From an uncultured Acidobacteriota bacterium (GTDB lineage Bacteria; Acidobacteriota; Thermoanaerobaculia; Gp7-AA8): a stretch of 64,000 bases of DNA. Location of the stretch: assembly GCA_963822445.1 (NCBI GenBank), contig CAWGHO010000002.1:160001-224000 (forward strand), written 5' to 3'. The position numbers and the translations under genes are program-made. Under the pieces are notes generated by a model. It worked only from the letters and a program-made list of their open reading frames with translations. It ran no database searches and was not told where the DNA came from. Below are positions 55,506 through 64,000 of this stretch, piece by piece; position 1 is the stretch's first letter; each line of letters starts with the position of its first letter.

Positions 55506-56410
55506 GTTATTTCTCCGTCGTCATCCCCACCTACAACCGTCTGCCCATGCTCCTCCGCGTTCTCGACGCGCTGGAGAAGCAGACCGATGCGCCGCCGTTC
55601 GAGGTCATCGTCATCAACGACGGCTCGAAGGACGAAACGGACCGCGTGGTCTCCCAGCGCAACGGCATCACCTTCCGCACGCAGGAAAACGGCGGCCCGG
55701 GTCGCGCGCGCAATCACGGCGTGTCGCTGGCCAGGGGAAAGTTCATCGTCTTCATCGGCGACGACACGGTTCCCGAGCCGCGCTTCCTGGCCGAGCATAC
55801 CCGCGTGCATCGCGAATCCGGCGACGACCCGCTCGTGGCCTGCCTCGGATTCACCGGCTGGCCGCAGGGCGAGCGCGTCACCGCGTTCATGGATTACATC
55901 AACGACTACGGCCTGCAGTTCGGCTACAAGCTGATCAAACATGGCGAGGTCGTGCCGTTCAACTTCTTCTACACCTCGAACATCTCCATCGATCGCGAGA
56001 TGCTCCTCGCCCATCCCTTCGACACGACCTTTCCGTCCGCAGCATGGGAAGACATCGAGCTCGCCTACCGGCTCGACGCGAAGGGCCTGCAGATCCACTA
56101 CAACGAGCGCGCGGTCACGCGGCACTACCACCCGATGACCGTCGAGTCGTTCGCGCGGCGGCAGTACACCGTCGGCAAGTCGGGCGCGATCTTCTTCAAG
56201 AAGCACCCCGAGCTCGGCGGATTCCTGGGCGTTCACGAAGCGCAGCAGCCGCCCTCACCCGATTCCGTAGTGGCGCGCTGGAGCCGGAAAGCGAAGCTTG
56301 GAGAGAGGTGGAGGCTCTTTGCACGACCTTCGGTGTTCGAACGATTGATGCGCGAACACTACATTCGTGGCTTGCGCGATGGGTTGCGGGGTTCCGAGGT
56401 TTCGGGGTAG
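55502..56410 (+). CDS. Glycosyltransferase family 2
   Basis: SVVIPTYNR, NDGS, ARNHG, GDD, WEDIELAYRL. Confidence 0.9.
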   Translation: MSYFSVVIPTYNRLPMLLRVLDALEKQTDAPPFEVIVINDGSKDETDRVVSQRNGITFRTQENGGPGRARNHGVSLARGKFIVFIGDDTVPEPRFLAEHTRVHRESGDDPLVACLGFTGWPQGERVTAFMDYINDYGLQFGYKLIKHGEVVPFNFFYTSNISIDREMLLAHPFDTTFPSAAWEDIELAYRLDAKGLQIHYNERAVTRHYHPMTVESFARRQYTVGKSGAIFFKKHPELGGFLGVHEAQQPPSPDSVVARWSRKAKLGERWRLFARPSVFERLMREHYIRGLRDGLRGSEVSG

Positions 56411-56457
56411 GTTCGACCTCCACCTCGCGACCTCGTAACCTCGCAACCCCGAAACTC
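56381..56457. repeat. Tandem-octamer inverted-repeat hairpin overlapping the GT2 3' end
   Basis: ggttgcgg ggttccga ggtttcgg ... acctcgcg acctcgta acctcgca accccgaa. Confidence 0.85.
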
Positions 56458-56458
56458 A

Positions 56459-57073
56459 ATGTTCATCACATTCGAAGGAATCGAAGGCTCCGGCAAGACG
56501 ACGCAACAGCGCCTCGTAGCCGAAGCCTTGCGCGCGAAAGGCCGCACGGTCGTCGTGACGAAAGAGCCGGGCGGAACACCGCTGGCCGATCGCATTCGCG
56601 CGATCCTGCTCGACAGCGCGAACGTCATCGATCCCATCGCCGAAGTCTTTCTGTTTGCTGCCTCGCGCCGGCAACACACGACCGAGGTGATCGAGCCGGC
56701 GCTCGGGCGCGGCGAGATCGTCCTGTGCGATCGCTACGCGGATTCCACGCTCGCGTATCAGGGATTCGGCCGGCTGATCGAGCTCGATCGCCTGCGTACG
56801 CTAAACGAGTGGGCCACGGACGCGCTCGTACCGAACGTCACGCTGTTGTTCGATCTGCCGGAAGAGACCGGACTGACTCGCGCCAACTCGCGCAATGCCG
56901 GCGCGGCGCAGGACGAGGGGCGCTTCGAGGCCGAGGATCTTCGGTTTCACCGGCGGGTGCGGGAGGGATACCTGGCCATGGCTGTCGCGGAACCGAATCG
57001 CTTTCGCGTGATCGATGCGAATGGAACGGTCGATGAGGTTTTCGCACGGACGCGGGAGGCGTTGAAATTATGA
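56459..57073 (+). CDS. tmk: Thymidylate kinase
   Basis: FITFEGIEGSGKTTQ, EPGGT, CDRYADSTLAYQG. Confidence 0.97.
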   Translation: MFITFEGIEGSGKTTQQRLVAEALRAKGRTVVVTKEPGGTPLADRIRAILLDSANVIDPIAEVFLFAASRRQHTTEVIEPALGRGEIVLCDRYADSTLAYQGFGRLIELDRLRTLNEWATDALVPNVTLLFDLPEETGLTRANSRNAGAAQDEGRFEAEDLRFHRRVREGYLAMAVAEPNRFRVIDANGTVDEVFARTREALKL

Positions 57074-57933
57074 CCACTTCCTCTCTCGTCCTCGACACCG
57101 CCCGCCGCGGCGAGCTTCATCACGCGGTCATCCTCTACGGCCCCGATCCGCAGCCGCTGCGCGACCTGGCCGTGCGCATGGCCAAGACCCTGAACTGCCT
57201 CGAAGGCACGACCGGCGATCAGTGCACGTCCTGCGTTCGCATCGACCGGCGCATTCATCCCGACGTGCATTTCACGGAGGTCGCGGGGGACAAGAAGCAG
57301 ATCTCCATCGAGCAGATCCGGGACATCGTCGCCGGCGCGACCATGCGGCCGTACGAAGGGCGGAACAAGGTTTTCGTCATCGATCCCGCGGACGCGCTGA
57401 GCATCTCCGGCTCGAACTCGCTGCTGAAGACGCTCGAGGAGCCGACACGCGACACGACCTTCATCCTCCTCACCCGCTCGCCCGATCTGCTCCTGCCGAC
57501 CATCCGCTCGCGCGCGCAGAAGGTCTACATCAGCGAGTCCGCGCGCCTGCTGACCGGGCCGCTCGAAGCGCGCCGCATCCGCGACGTGGCGCTGCTCGAG
57601 GAAGGCGAAGATCTGGCGGCGAGCATCCTCGATCTGCTGCATCGCTACGCCGCGCGGAATGAATCGGCGGCGTTGCTCGCGCTCGCCGCGGTCGTCTCCG
57701 ACCACGAGCCGGCGAAAGATGCCATCGCGCTCCTGGGCGCAATCCTCTGCGACGTTGTGGCCCTTGATCCGAGCGAGTCGCTCGATGGAAGGAAGCTCGC
57801 CGAGATCCGCGAGCGCATCCCGCGCGAGCGACTGCTCGCGGCGGCGGATGCGGCGATGGGCGCGATCCGTTGGCTTAACGTCAACGCCGACGTGCGTCTG
57901 GTGGTGGAGCAAGTCGTCACCGCACTGGTTTGA
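57070..57933 (+). CDS. holB: DNA polymerase III delta-prime subunit
   Basis: HPDVH, ISIEQIR, NSLLKTLEEP, LLPTIRSR; follows tmk. Confidence 0.9.
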   Translation: MTTSSLVLDTARRGELHHAVILYGPDPQPLRDLAVRMAKTLNCLEGTTGDQCTSCVRIDRRIHPDVHFTEVAGDKKQISIEQIRDIVAGATMRPYEGRNKVFVIDPADALSISGSNSLLKTLEEPTRDTTFILLTRSPDLLLPTIRSRAQKVYISESARLLTGPLEARRIRDVALLEEGEDLAASILDLLHRYAARNESAALLALAAVVSDHEPAKDAIALLGAILCDVVALDPSESLDGRKLAEIRERIPRERLLAAADAAMGAIRWLNVNADVRLVVEQVVTALV

Positions 57934-57985
57934 GCGACGCTTTGGCCCAAGCCTTTGGCAACAAGCGCTGCCGGCCGTGCCGGCC

Positions 57986-58019
57986 AAAAAAGAAACCCCG
58001 CCGTTTCCGGCGGGGCTTC
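57986..58019 (-). terminator. Intrinsic terminator (minus strand, possibly bidirectional)
   Basis: gaagccccgccg gaaa cggcggggtttc followed by TTTTT. Confidence 0.85.
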
Positions 58020-58179
58020 AAAATCTACTGGATGGGTGGTTCGCGAACCGCTTGGGTGGCGAGCTATTCGGGTCGGTAAGATTCAAGGAAGAATTCAAAC
58101 TGCGGGGTCATCAAAGGCAGGCTGTTGAGACAGAAAGCTGTTCCCGCCTGCCCATCCAGTAACTCAGTTCTCATCGTTG
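57986..58179 (-). ncRNA. Candidate structured small RNA (6S-like rod) or small-ORF transcript
   Basis: TATAAT at 58191-58186; 11-bp closing stem 58026-58036/58151-58161; own terminator. Confidence 0.5.
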
Positions 58180-58329
58180 AAGCGCATTATAAACACAGAT
58201 TGTGAAAAATTTCTCAATGTAACTGGCTTGTGACAAGCCCTTCACGCGCTTGGGGATACGCCTTTTTCGCTGATCGGGCAATTGTGTAAAGCAAAACGGG
58301 CGTTCGGTCACCAGAATTGCCGAGTTGGG

Positions 58330-58364
58330 GGTTGTCGGGTTGCCGGGTTCTCAGGTTGTCAGGT
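58330..58364. repeat. Half element: GGTTSYCR octamer x4 with no inverted arm
   Basis: ggttgtcg ggttgccg ggttctca ggttgtca, just past the GerMN stop. Confidence 0.7.
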
Positions 58365-58372
58365 CTGTGACC

Positions 58373-58912
58373 TCACCGGAATCGCGGATCCACGAGCTCT
58401 TTCATCGGCTCCACCGACCGCGCCAGCGAGACATGCCCGCCCAGCGTCTCCGCCGGTCCGCCGTTGATCAGCACCCGCACCCGCCGCCCCTCGGTGAAAT
58501 TCGCGCTGATCGTCTGCGCCAGCGAGTGCGCGGCCATCAGCTCCCGATGGCTTCCCGTTCCCCAGCCCTGGGTCAGGGTCGGGCCGCCGAGGTCGACGAC
58601 TACCGTTCCGCCCGGCAGGAGGTAGGTGCCGCGCACGACCGTGTCGTCGGGAAACAGCCGCATCACGGTCGTGCTCGACGGGCCTTTCATCAGCTCGCGA
58701 ACCACAATCGGCACCGCGGCCGCGCTGTTTTCAGGAAGGGCGATGTTGCGAGGCTCGGCGGTGAGCAGCATCTGCGGCGACTCGTAGAAGAGCTGCACCG
58801 TGCGCACGGCCACCTTGTTGTGCGCGGCCAGGTTCGCGCCCGGCTTCTCTTTTCTCTTGCACCCGCCGGCAACCACCATCACGGCCAGCGCGAGTACTGC
58901 AGCCCGCCTCAC
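58373..58912 (-). CDS. GerMN-domain lipoprotein
   Basis: Lipobox-like VAGGC; ELMKGP, VVVDL, VRVLINGGPAETLGGHV. Confidence 0.85.
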   Translation of the reverse strand: MRRAAVLALAVMVVAGGCKRKEKPGANLAAHNKVAVRTVQLFYESPQMLLTAEPRNIALPENSAAAVPIVVRELMKGPSSTTVMRLFPDDTVVRGTYLLPGGTVVVDLGGPTLTQGWGTGSHRELMAAHSLAQTISANFTEGRRVRVLINGGPAETLGGHVSLARSVEPMKELVDPRFR

Positions 58913-60462
58913 TGCGTCGCCGTCCTCGGCTGTGCCTGCGGCGCGGTCGCCGTCGCGGCGGGCGCCGGCGCGGGAGCGGGCGGCGCGGGCTGGATGAGTC
59001 CGATGCGCGTTTCGTAGTCCGTCTTGTAGCGCTCCACCGCGCGGGTGATCGCGGCGACCATCAGCGACTGGAACTCGCCGGTCTGCAGCTTCGCCTCTTC
59101 TTCGGCATTGCTGATGAAGCCGACTTCGACCAGCGCCGCGGGCATCGTCGCGCCGACGAGCACTTTGAACGGCGCCTGCTTCACCCCGCGATTGCTGACG
59201 CCTGTGGCCGCGTTCATCTCTTCCTGAATGGCCTGCGCGAAACGGCTCGACTCGCCGATGTACGCCTGCTGGGCCAGGTCCCAGAGAATCAGTTTGAGAT
59301 CGCTCGTCGGATCAGCAGCGGCCGCTGACGGCGAGGACGCGTTCTCCAGGTCCGCGGCGCGCTTCGCCAGTTCGTCCGAAGCTTCGAGGGAGAGGAAGTA
59401 AGTCTCCGAGCCCTTCGCGTCCTTCACCACGGCCGCGTTGAGATGGACCGAAAGGAACAGGTCCGCTTTGTACTGATTGGCGATCGCCGTCCGCTGATCG
59501 AGCGACACCAGGGTGTCGTCATCGCGCGTAAGCACGACCCGAGCGCCCGTCTTCGCCGCCAGCGAATCGGCGAGGCGGCGGCAGATCGCGAGGGTCAGGT
59601 CTTTCTCCATCAACCCGTTCGTGCCGACCGCGCCGACTTCCTTCCCGCCATGCCCGGGATCGAGCACGATCGTGCGGATGCCGGGGAGCTCCTGCGACTT
59701 CGGCGTGATCAGCGGCTGGGTCGTGCCCGGAACGAGCGGCGCGCCTTTGCGCAGATCGAGCACGATCCGCTGCGGGTTCTCGAGCTGATACGCATCGGCG
59801 ACGACGTCGGGGGAGGTCAGATGGATCGTCAGATCGTTCGCTGTAAACGCGAGCCGGGCGATGTGCGGATCTTCGTAGGACTGCTCGCCGAACGGCGCGC
59901 GCACCGGCGACTTGAACTTGATCGCGTAGGCCTGCGCCTCTTTGACGATCGAATATTCGACCGTTCCGCTCAGCGTGAGGACGACCTTGGAGATGCCCTG
60001 CACGTTGGCGACGGACGCGGAGATCGAGACTGCGTCGCGCTGTTGGGCGCGAACTGCCAGGAGATGCGCGGCCGGATCCCAGGTCACGTCCATCCCCGCG
60101 GCTTTGGCGAGGAATCCCTGGAAGAACTGCCAGGGAACGTAGGGCGCGCCTTCGATCGCGATCGGAGGCACGGGCATCTCGATCAGGTCATCGCGCACGA
60201 CGCCGAACCGGCTGTCCGACGCGAAGGCCGCGACGGTGTTGCCGAGGGTGACTTTGTAGCCGTTCGCGTCGGGAGTGAGCGTGCCGCCGAGGCCGGTTAC
60301 CACTTCCGCGGCGGCGACGTAGGTCTGTCCCGATTGCACGACGTACGTGAACGGCGTGTCGCCCGCGGAAGTGCGGAGCGTTCCCTGACCCGACGATTGC
60401 GCGAGAACGATCGAGGCGACGGCGAGGAGAAGGAGAGTACCGAGAACGAGGAGACGTTTCAT
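58909..60462 (-). CDS. N-acetylmuramoyl-L-alanine amidase (Amidase_3, AMIN domain)
   Basis: LDPGHGG, EKDLTL, LTRDDD, SVHLNA, LVEVGFISN. Confidence 0.93.
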   Translation of the reverse strand: MKRLLVLGTLLLLAVASIVLAQSSGQGTLRTSAGDTPFTYVVQSGQTYVAAAEVVTGLGGTLTPDANGYKVTLGNTVAAFASDSRFGVVRDDLIEMPVPPIAIEGAPYVPWQFFQGFLAKAAGMDVTWDPAAHLLAVRAQQRDAVSISASVANVQGISKVVLTLSGTVEYSIVKEAQAYAIKFKSPVRAPFGEQSYEDPHIARLAFTANDLTIHLTSPDVVADAYQLENPQRIVLDLRKGAPLVPGTTQPLITPKSQELPGIRTIVLDPGHGGKEVGAVGTNGLMEKDLTLAICRRLADSLAAKTGARVVLTRDDDTLVSLDQRTAIANQYKADLFLSVHLNAAVVKDAKGSETYFLSLEASDELAKRAADLENASSPSAAAADPTSDLKLILWDLAQQAYIGESSRFAQAIQEEMNAATGVSNRGVKQAPFKVLVGATMPAALVEVGFISNAEEEAKLQTGEFQSLMVAAITRAVERYKTDYETRIGLIQPAPPAPAPAPAATATAPQAQPRTATQ

Positions 60463-60513
60463 ATGAGCGCGAGCCCCCGGATTATCGCACGCCGCGTGTT
60501 ACGCTCGGCCGCC

Positions 60514-61098
60514 ATGACCCGCCGCATGTTTGCAATGGCAATCACCCTCCTCGCCGCGTGTGCCGGCGGCGAAAACAAGGAGACGGTTTACACGATGAGC
60601 CGCAACCCGGTGAGCGTCCGCGGATGGATCACCGACGTCGCCGGCGCGCAGAAAGCCGAGACCGTGGAGATGGAGATCGCGCGGCGCACGCAGCTCTTCC
60701 AGTCGTCATCGGTGTGGGTCGAGAAATCGGACTTCGCCTCCGGTGGCATTGCCGAGAACGGCGCGTTCATCGTCCTCGACGTCCCCCCGATGAATGCCAC
60801 CCTCGGATTCAACGCCCCCGGCGCGGAAACGGCGCGGATCGTCCTGCAGAACGTGCCCCCCAGCGCGGACGTGTTCATCCCCGACGTGATCCTCGAGAAC
60901 GGAGGGGCGAAAGTGCTCGATCCGAAGGCGATCCTGGTGCGCGTACCGACCGACGTCGATAAACCGCGCGCGACCGGGAAAACCGCGATCGTGGCGGGAC
61001 ATGTCGTGCCGATCATCGAAGCTCCGCTGCAGCAGCTCGCGGACCGGCGGGAGTATCCGAATCCCGGCGGATTCAGGCCGGTGGCGACGTTCAAATAG
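60514..61098 (+). CDS. Hypothetical lipoprotein
   Basis: MTRR...LLAAC lipobox. Confidence 0.7.
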   Translation: MTRRMFAMAITLLAACAGGENKETVYTMSRNPVSVRGWITDVAGAQKAETVEMEIARRTQLFQSSSVWVEKSDFASGGIAENGAFIVLDVPPMNATLGFNAPGAETARIVLQNVPPSADVFIPDVILENGGAKVLDPKAILVRVPTDVDKPRATGKTAIVAGHVVPIIEAPLQQLADRREYPNPGGFRPVATFK

Positions 61099-61208
61099 CG
61101 TACGGCGGGCGTCTCGCCCGCATTCCGCCGGGCGTTTCGCCCGGCGGTGTTTCAGAGATACGCCCGGGCACGATGCCCGGCCGTTGCGGGCGGGACGCCC
61201 GCCCTACG
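61099..61208. repeat. REP-like inverted pair (GTAG/GTAC type) with two internal hairpins
   Basis: cgtacggcgggcgtctcgcccgca ... tgcgggcgggacgcccgccctacg. Confidence 0.85.
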
Positions 61209-62172
61209 AAGTCACGATCTCGCAGAACTTCTTCAAATCGATATTGCCGCCCGACACGACCGCCACTACCGGCCCCTCGCTCTGCTTGATCGCCGCAGCG
61301 ACGCTCAGCGCGCCGGCCCCTTCCGCGATCACCCGGGTCTTCGACGCGACGAGCCGCATGGCCTGTTTCACTTCGTCGAGCGTGACCACCACCGATCCGT
61401 CGACCGTGCCCTTCAACCGCTCCCACATCCGCGGAAAGATGCTCTTCCCGCCGGCGCCGTCGACGAAGGACGCGGTCCAGTCGCCGAACTCCTGAGGTCC
61501 GCCGGCCGCGAACGACGCAGCACCGGGCGCGGCCGTCTCCGGCTCCGCACCGAGAACGCGCACATGCGGCGCCGCCGCTTTGATCGTGCTGCCGATGCCC
61601 GCGGTCAAACCGCCGCCGCCGATCGCGGCGATGACCGTCTTCACGTTCGGCAGATCTTCGAGGATCTCCAGCGCGACCGTCGCGTTCCCGGCGATGAAGT
61701 TGTGATCGTCGAACGGATGGACGAACGTCCCTTCGATTCCGGGAAAGGCCCGGTCGTCCATCGCGCTCCAGCACTTGTCGAACGGTGCGCGGACCAGTTT
61801 CGCGCCGAGGGCTTCCATGCGCTCGATCTTCGTCTGAGGGGCGGTCTCGATCACCAGCACCGTGCAGGGAATCCCGGCTTCGCGCGCGGCGAAAGCCACG
61901 CCCTGCCCCGCGTTTCCGGCGCTGATCGTCCAGACGCCTTTGGTCCGCTCTTCCGGCGAGAGCATGGCCACGGCGTTGGCCGCGCCGCGCAGCTTGAACG
62001 CATTGATCGGCTGTAGATTCTCCAGCTTCAACCAGACCTCGGGCACCCCTTGCAGCCCGTGCAACAGCCGGATGAGCGGCGTGCGGGTGATGACGCCGCT
62101 GATGCGCTCCCGCGCGGCTCGAATCTCCTCGATCGTGACGGGGCGGACGGGCGGAGGGGCAGTTTGCGTCAT
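61204..62172 (-). CDS. PLP-dependent threonine/serine dehydratase family protein (no ACT domain)
   Basis: KLENLQ..AFKLRGA, SAGN, IGGGGL, SGGNID. Confidence 0.9.
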   Translation of the reverse strand: MTQTAPPPVRPVTIEEIRAARERISGVITRTPLIRLLHGLQGVPEVWLKLENLQPINAFKLRGAANAVAMLSPEERTKGVWTISAGNAGQGVAFAAREAGIPCTVLVIETAPQTKIERMEALGAKLVRAPFDKCWSAMDDRAFPGIEGTFVHPFDDHNFIAGNATVALEILEDLPNVKTVIAAIGGGGLTAGIGSTIKAAAPHVRVLGAEPETAAPGAASFAAGGPQEFGDWTASFVDGAGGKSIFPRMWERLKGTVDGSVVVTLDEVKQAMRLVASKTRVIAEGAGALSVAAAIKQSEGPVVAVVSGGNIDLKKFCEIVTS

Positions 62173-62224
62173 GGAGGCGCGATTGTATCGGGCAGGCATG
62201 CCTCATGCGACGTACTTGCGCGCC

Positions 62225-62920
62225 ATGAGAAACGAACGAAACATGAATGATCCCGAGCGCTGGGTGTCCGTCGTCTTCGGGAGCGCACTCACCGCATACG
62301 GTTTGAAGAAACGGTCCGCCGGGGGCTTCCTGCTGAGCGCCATCGGCGGCATGCTGGTCTGGCGCGGCGCCACAGGACACTGCTTCGTCTACAAAGGCCT
62401 CGGCGTCTCGAGCGTGCATGACGACGACGGCGATGACGACGGCCGCCAGGTCAGCGTCCCGTACGGCAAGGGCATCGACGTCGAGAAATCGGTCACCATC
62501 AACGCGCCGCCGGAAAAGCTCTACACCTTCTGGCGCAACTTCGAGAATCTCCCGCGCTTCATGCACAACCTCGAAGCGGTCGAAGTTCAGGACGGCAAGC
62601 GCTCGCACTGGGTCGCGAAAGGTCCGGCCGGCAAGAGCGTCGACTGGGACGCGGAGATCATCAACGAGGTCCCGAACGAGCTGATCGGCTGGCGCTCGAT
62701 CGAAGGCAGCGAGATCAGCAACGCCGGCTCGGTGCATTTCACGCCTGCGACCGGTGGCCGGGGAACGGAAGTGAAGGTGCACCTTCGCTACGACCCGCCG
62801 GCCGGCAAGCTCGGCGCGAGGGTCTCGAAGATCCTCGGCGAAGACCCCGCGGCCAACGTCGAAGAAGACCTGCAACGTCTGAAGATGCTCATCGAGACCG
62901 GCGCGGACGCGACGACGTAA
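62225..62920 (+). CDS. SRPBCC (cyclase/dehydrase) protein with a DUF2892-like N-terminus
   Basis: RGATGHC..Y..LGV; WRNFENLPRFM; WDAEIINE; YDPPAG. Confidence 0.88.
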   Translation: MRNERNMNDPERWVSVVFGSALTAYGLKKRSAGGFLLSAIGGMLVWRGATGHCFVYKGLGVSSVHDDDGDDDGRQVSVPYGKGIDVEKSVTINAPPEKLYTFWRNFENLPRFMHNLEAVEVQDGKRSHWVAKGPAGKSVDWDAEIINEVPNELIGWRSIEGSEISNAGSVHFTPATGGRGTEVKVHLRYDPPAGKLGARVSKILGEDPAANVEEDLQRLKMLIETGADATT

Positions 62921-63060
62921 CGGAACGCCGCCGTCCCGGCGGCCGGTCCGCCGGCGTCCCGCCGGCAGTTTCAGGCGCAGGCGCGAGACGCCTGCGCACC
63001 AGCCGGTGAGGATCGCACCACGCCGACCACCAGGTCCCTCGACTACGCTCGGGATGACAA
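62921..63060. repeat. Cluster of REP-like palindromes ending in a TCCCTCGACTACGCTCGGGATGACA repeat
   Basis: gccgccgtcccggcggc, gccggcgtcccgccggc and gcgcaggcgcgagacgcctgcgc hairpins; last 26 nt match 19985-20010 inverted. Confidence 0.75.
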
Positions 63061-63124
63061 CGGTGGCCTCGCGATGCCGGCTGCTAAGATGACCGCGAAT
63101 TTCGAGAGAGAAAGAGAGTTCAGC

Positions 63125-64000
63125 ATGCGTTTGATCACGCGATCCGACTTCGACGGCCTCGTCTGCGCCGTGCTCCTGAAAGAAGTCGAACAGATCGACG
63201 CGGTCGATTTCGTCCACCCCAAAGACGTTCAGGACGGAAAAGTCGCGGCCGGAAAAGACGACATCCTCACCAACCTCCCCTACGTGCCCGGCGTCGGGCT
63301 CTGGTTCGACCACCATTCCAGCGAGATCGTCCGCAATGAGGAGACCGCCACTTACCGCGGCCGCTTCGAGATCGCCCCGTCCGCCGCGCGCGTGGTCTAC
63401 AACCATTACTCCGTCGGTAGCGAGAAGCTCCGCAAGTACGACACGCTGCTCGAGTCGGTCGACAAGTCCGACGCCGCGCAACTGAACATGGAGGACGTCA
63501 CCAACCCCACGGGCTGGATGCTGCTCTCCTACGTGATGGATCCGCGCACTGGCCTCGCCTATCACCACGGTTACAAGATCAGCAATCGCGATCTGATGAC
63601 GAAGCTGATCGATCTCATCGCCCAGCATCCCGATGATCCGGACACGGTCCTCGCCGATCCGGACGTCAAGGAGCGCATCGATCGCTACTTCGAGCAGCAG
63701 GAGGAGTTCGCCAAGCTGATGCGGGAGCACTCCACGGTCGAGAAGAACGTGATCATCACCGACCTCCGGGGCATGCGCGACCTTCCGCCCGGCAACCGCT
63801 TCCTGATCTACACGATGTTTCCCGACGCGAACACTCAGGTGCGCATCTTCGACGGCCGCGGCGGCGAATTCACCGTTTGCGCGGTCGGCCACAGCATCTT
63901 CAACCGCACTTCGAAAACGGACGTCGGGAAACTGATGGACAAGTACGGCGGCGGCGGCCACCGCGGCGCCGGGACCTGCCAGCTGCCGAATGCACATGCC
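63125..64000 (+). CDS. DHH-family phosphoesterase (nanoRNase/exopolyphosphatase-like), 3'-truncated by the window
   Basis: MRLITRSDFDGLVC, FDHH, SAARVV, GGGGHRGAG; absent from the ORF track because the stop lies outside the window. Confidence 0.88.
   Translation, partial: MRLITRSDFDGLVCAVLLKEVEQIDAVDFVHPKDVQDGKVAAGKDDILTNLPYVPGVGLWFDHHSSEIVRNEETATYRGRFEIAPSAARVVYNHYSVGSEKLRKYDTLLESVDKSDAAQLNMEDVTNPTGWMLLSYVMDPRTGLAYHHGYKISNRDLMTKLIDLIAQHPDDPDTVLADPDVKERIDRYFEQQEEFAKLMREHSTVEKNVIITDLRGMRDLPPGNRFLIYTMFPDANTQVRIFDGRGGEFTVCAVGHSIFNRTSKTDVGKLMDKYGGGGHRGAGTCQLPNAHA

Noticed and set aside
57070-57933. Short HolB with a degenerate P-loop and only three Zn-site cysteines
   Set aside because: Delta-prime is catalytically inactive and highly divergent, so this is within normal variation.
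57659-58162. 167-aa plus-strand ORF spanning the holB end and the spacer
   Set aside because: It is an alternative frame of holB running through a terminator hairpin, with no protein-like features.
61091-63997. Long antisense or alternative-frame ORFs (e.g. 968 aa here, 755 aa at 51830-54097, 700 aa at 36622-38724)
   Set aside because: They shadow well-supported genes on the opposite strand, which is expected in high-GC DNA, and they show no recognisable motifs.

Overview
High-GC bacterial chromosomal region, mostly housekeeping. The gene styles suggest Acidobacteriota, probably Thermoanaerobaculia-like (inference, not a database result). In order it carries: the rarA 3' end, a thioesterase and ppiD; a FecR-domain gene followed by mreBCD-mrdA-rodA; a Ser/Thr kinase, hslR, HU and guaA; a secreted tail-fibre-like protein; a minus-strand dcw cluster (mraZ to ftsZ); carB; a ParE-type toxin-antitoxin pair; a histone-H1-like protein; murA-folP-cdaA-cdaR-glmM; an FG-GAP surface protein; purS/purQ; acs; tmk-holB; amidase-GerMN; and a DHH nuclease cut by the window end. 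No CRISPR array, rRNA, tRNA, transposase or prophage was seen. The unexplained structure is mainly non-coding. (i) A family of intergenic hairpins built from about four tandem 7/8-mers plus an inverted copy, with a different unit at different loci. (ii) A stand-alone transcription unit of about 195 nt between holB and GerMN (6S-like sRNA or 36-aa sORF). (iii) A hairpin array downstream of ftsZ. (iv) Many apparently leaderless genes. (v) Several REP-like families. Frameshifts in essential cell-wall genes look like sequencing errors.
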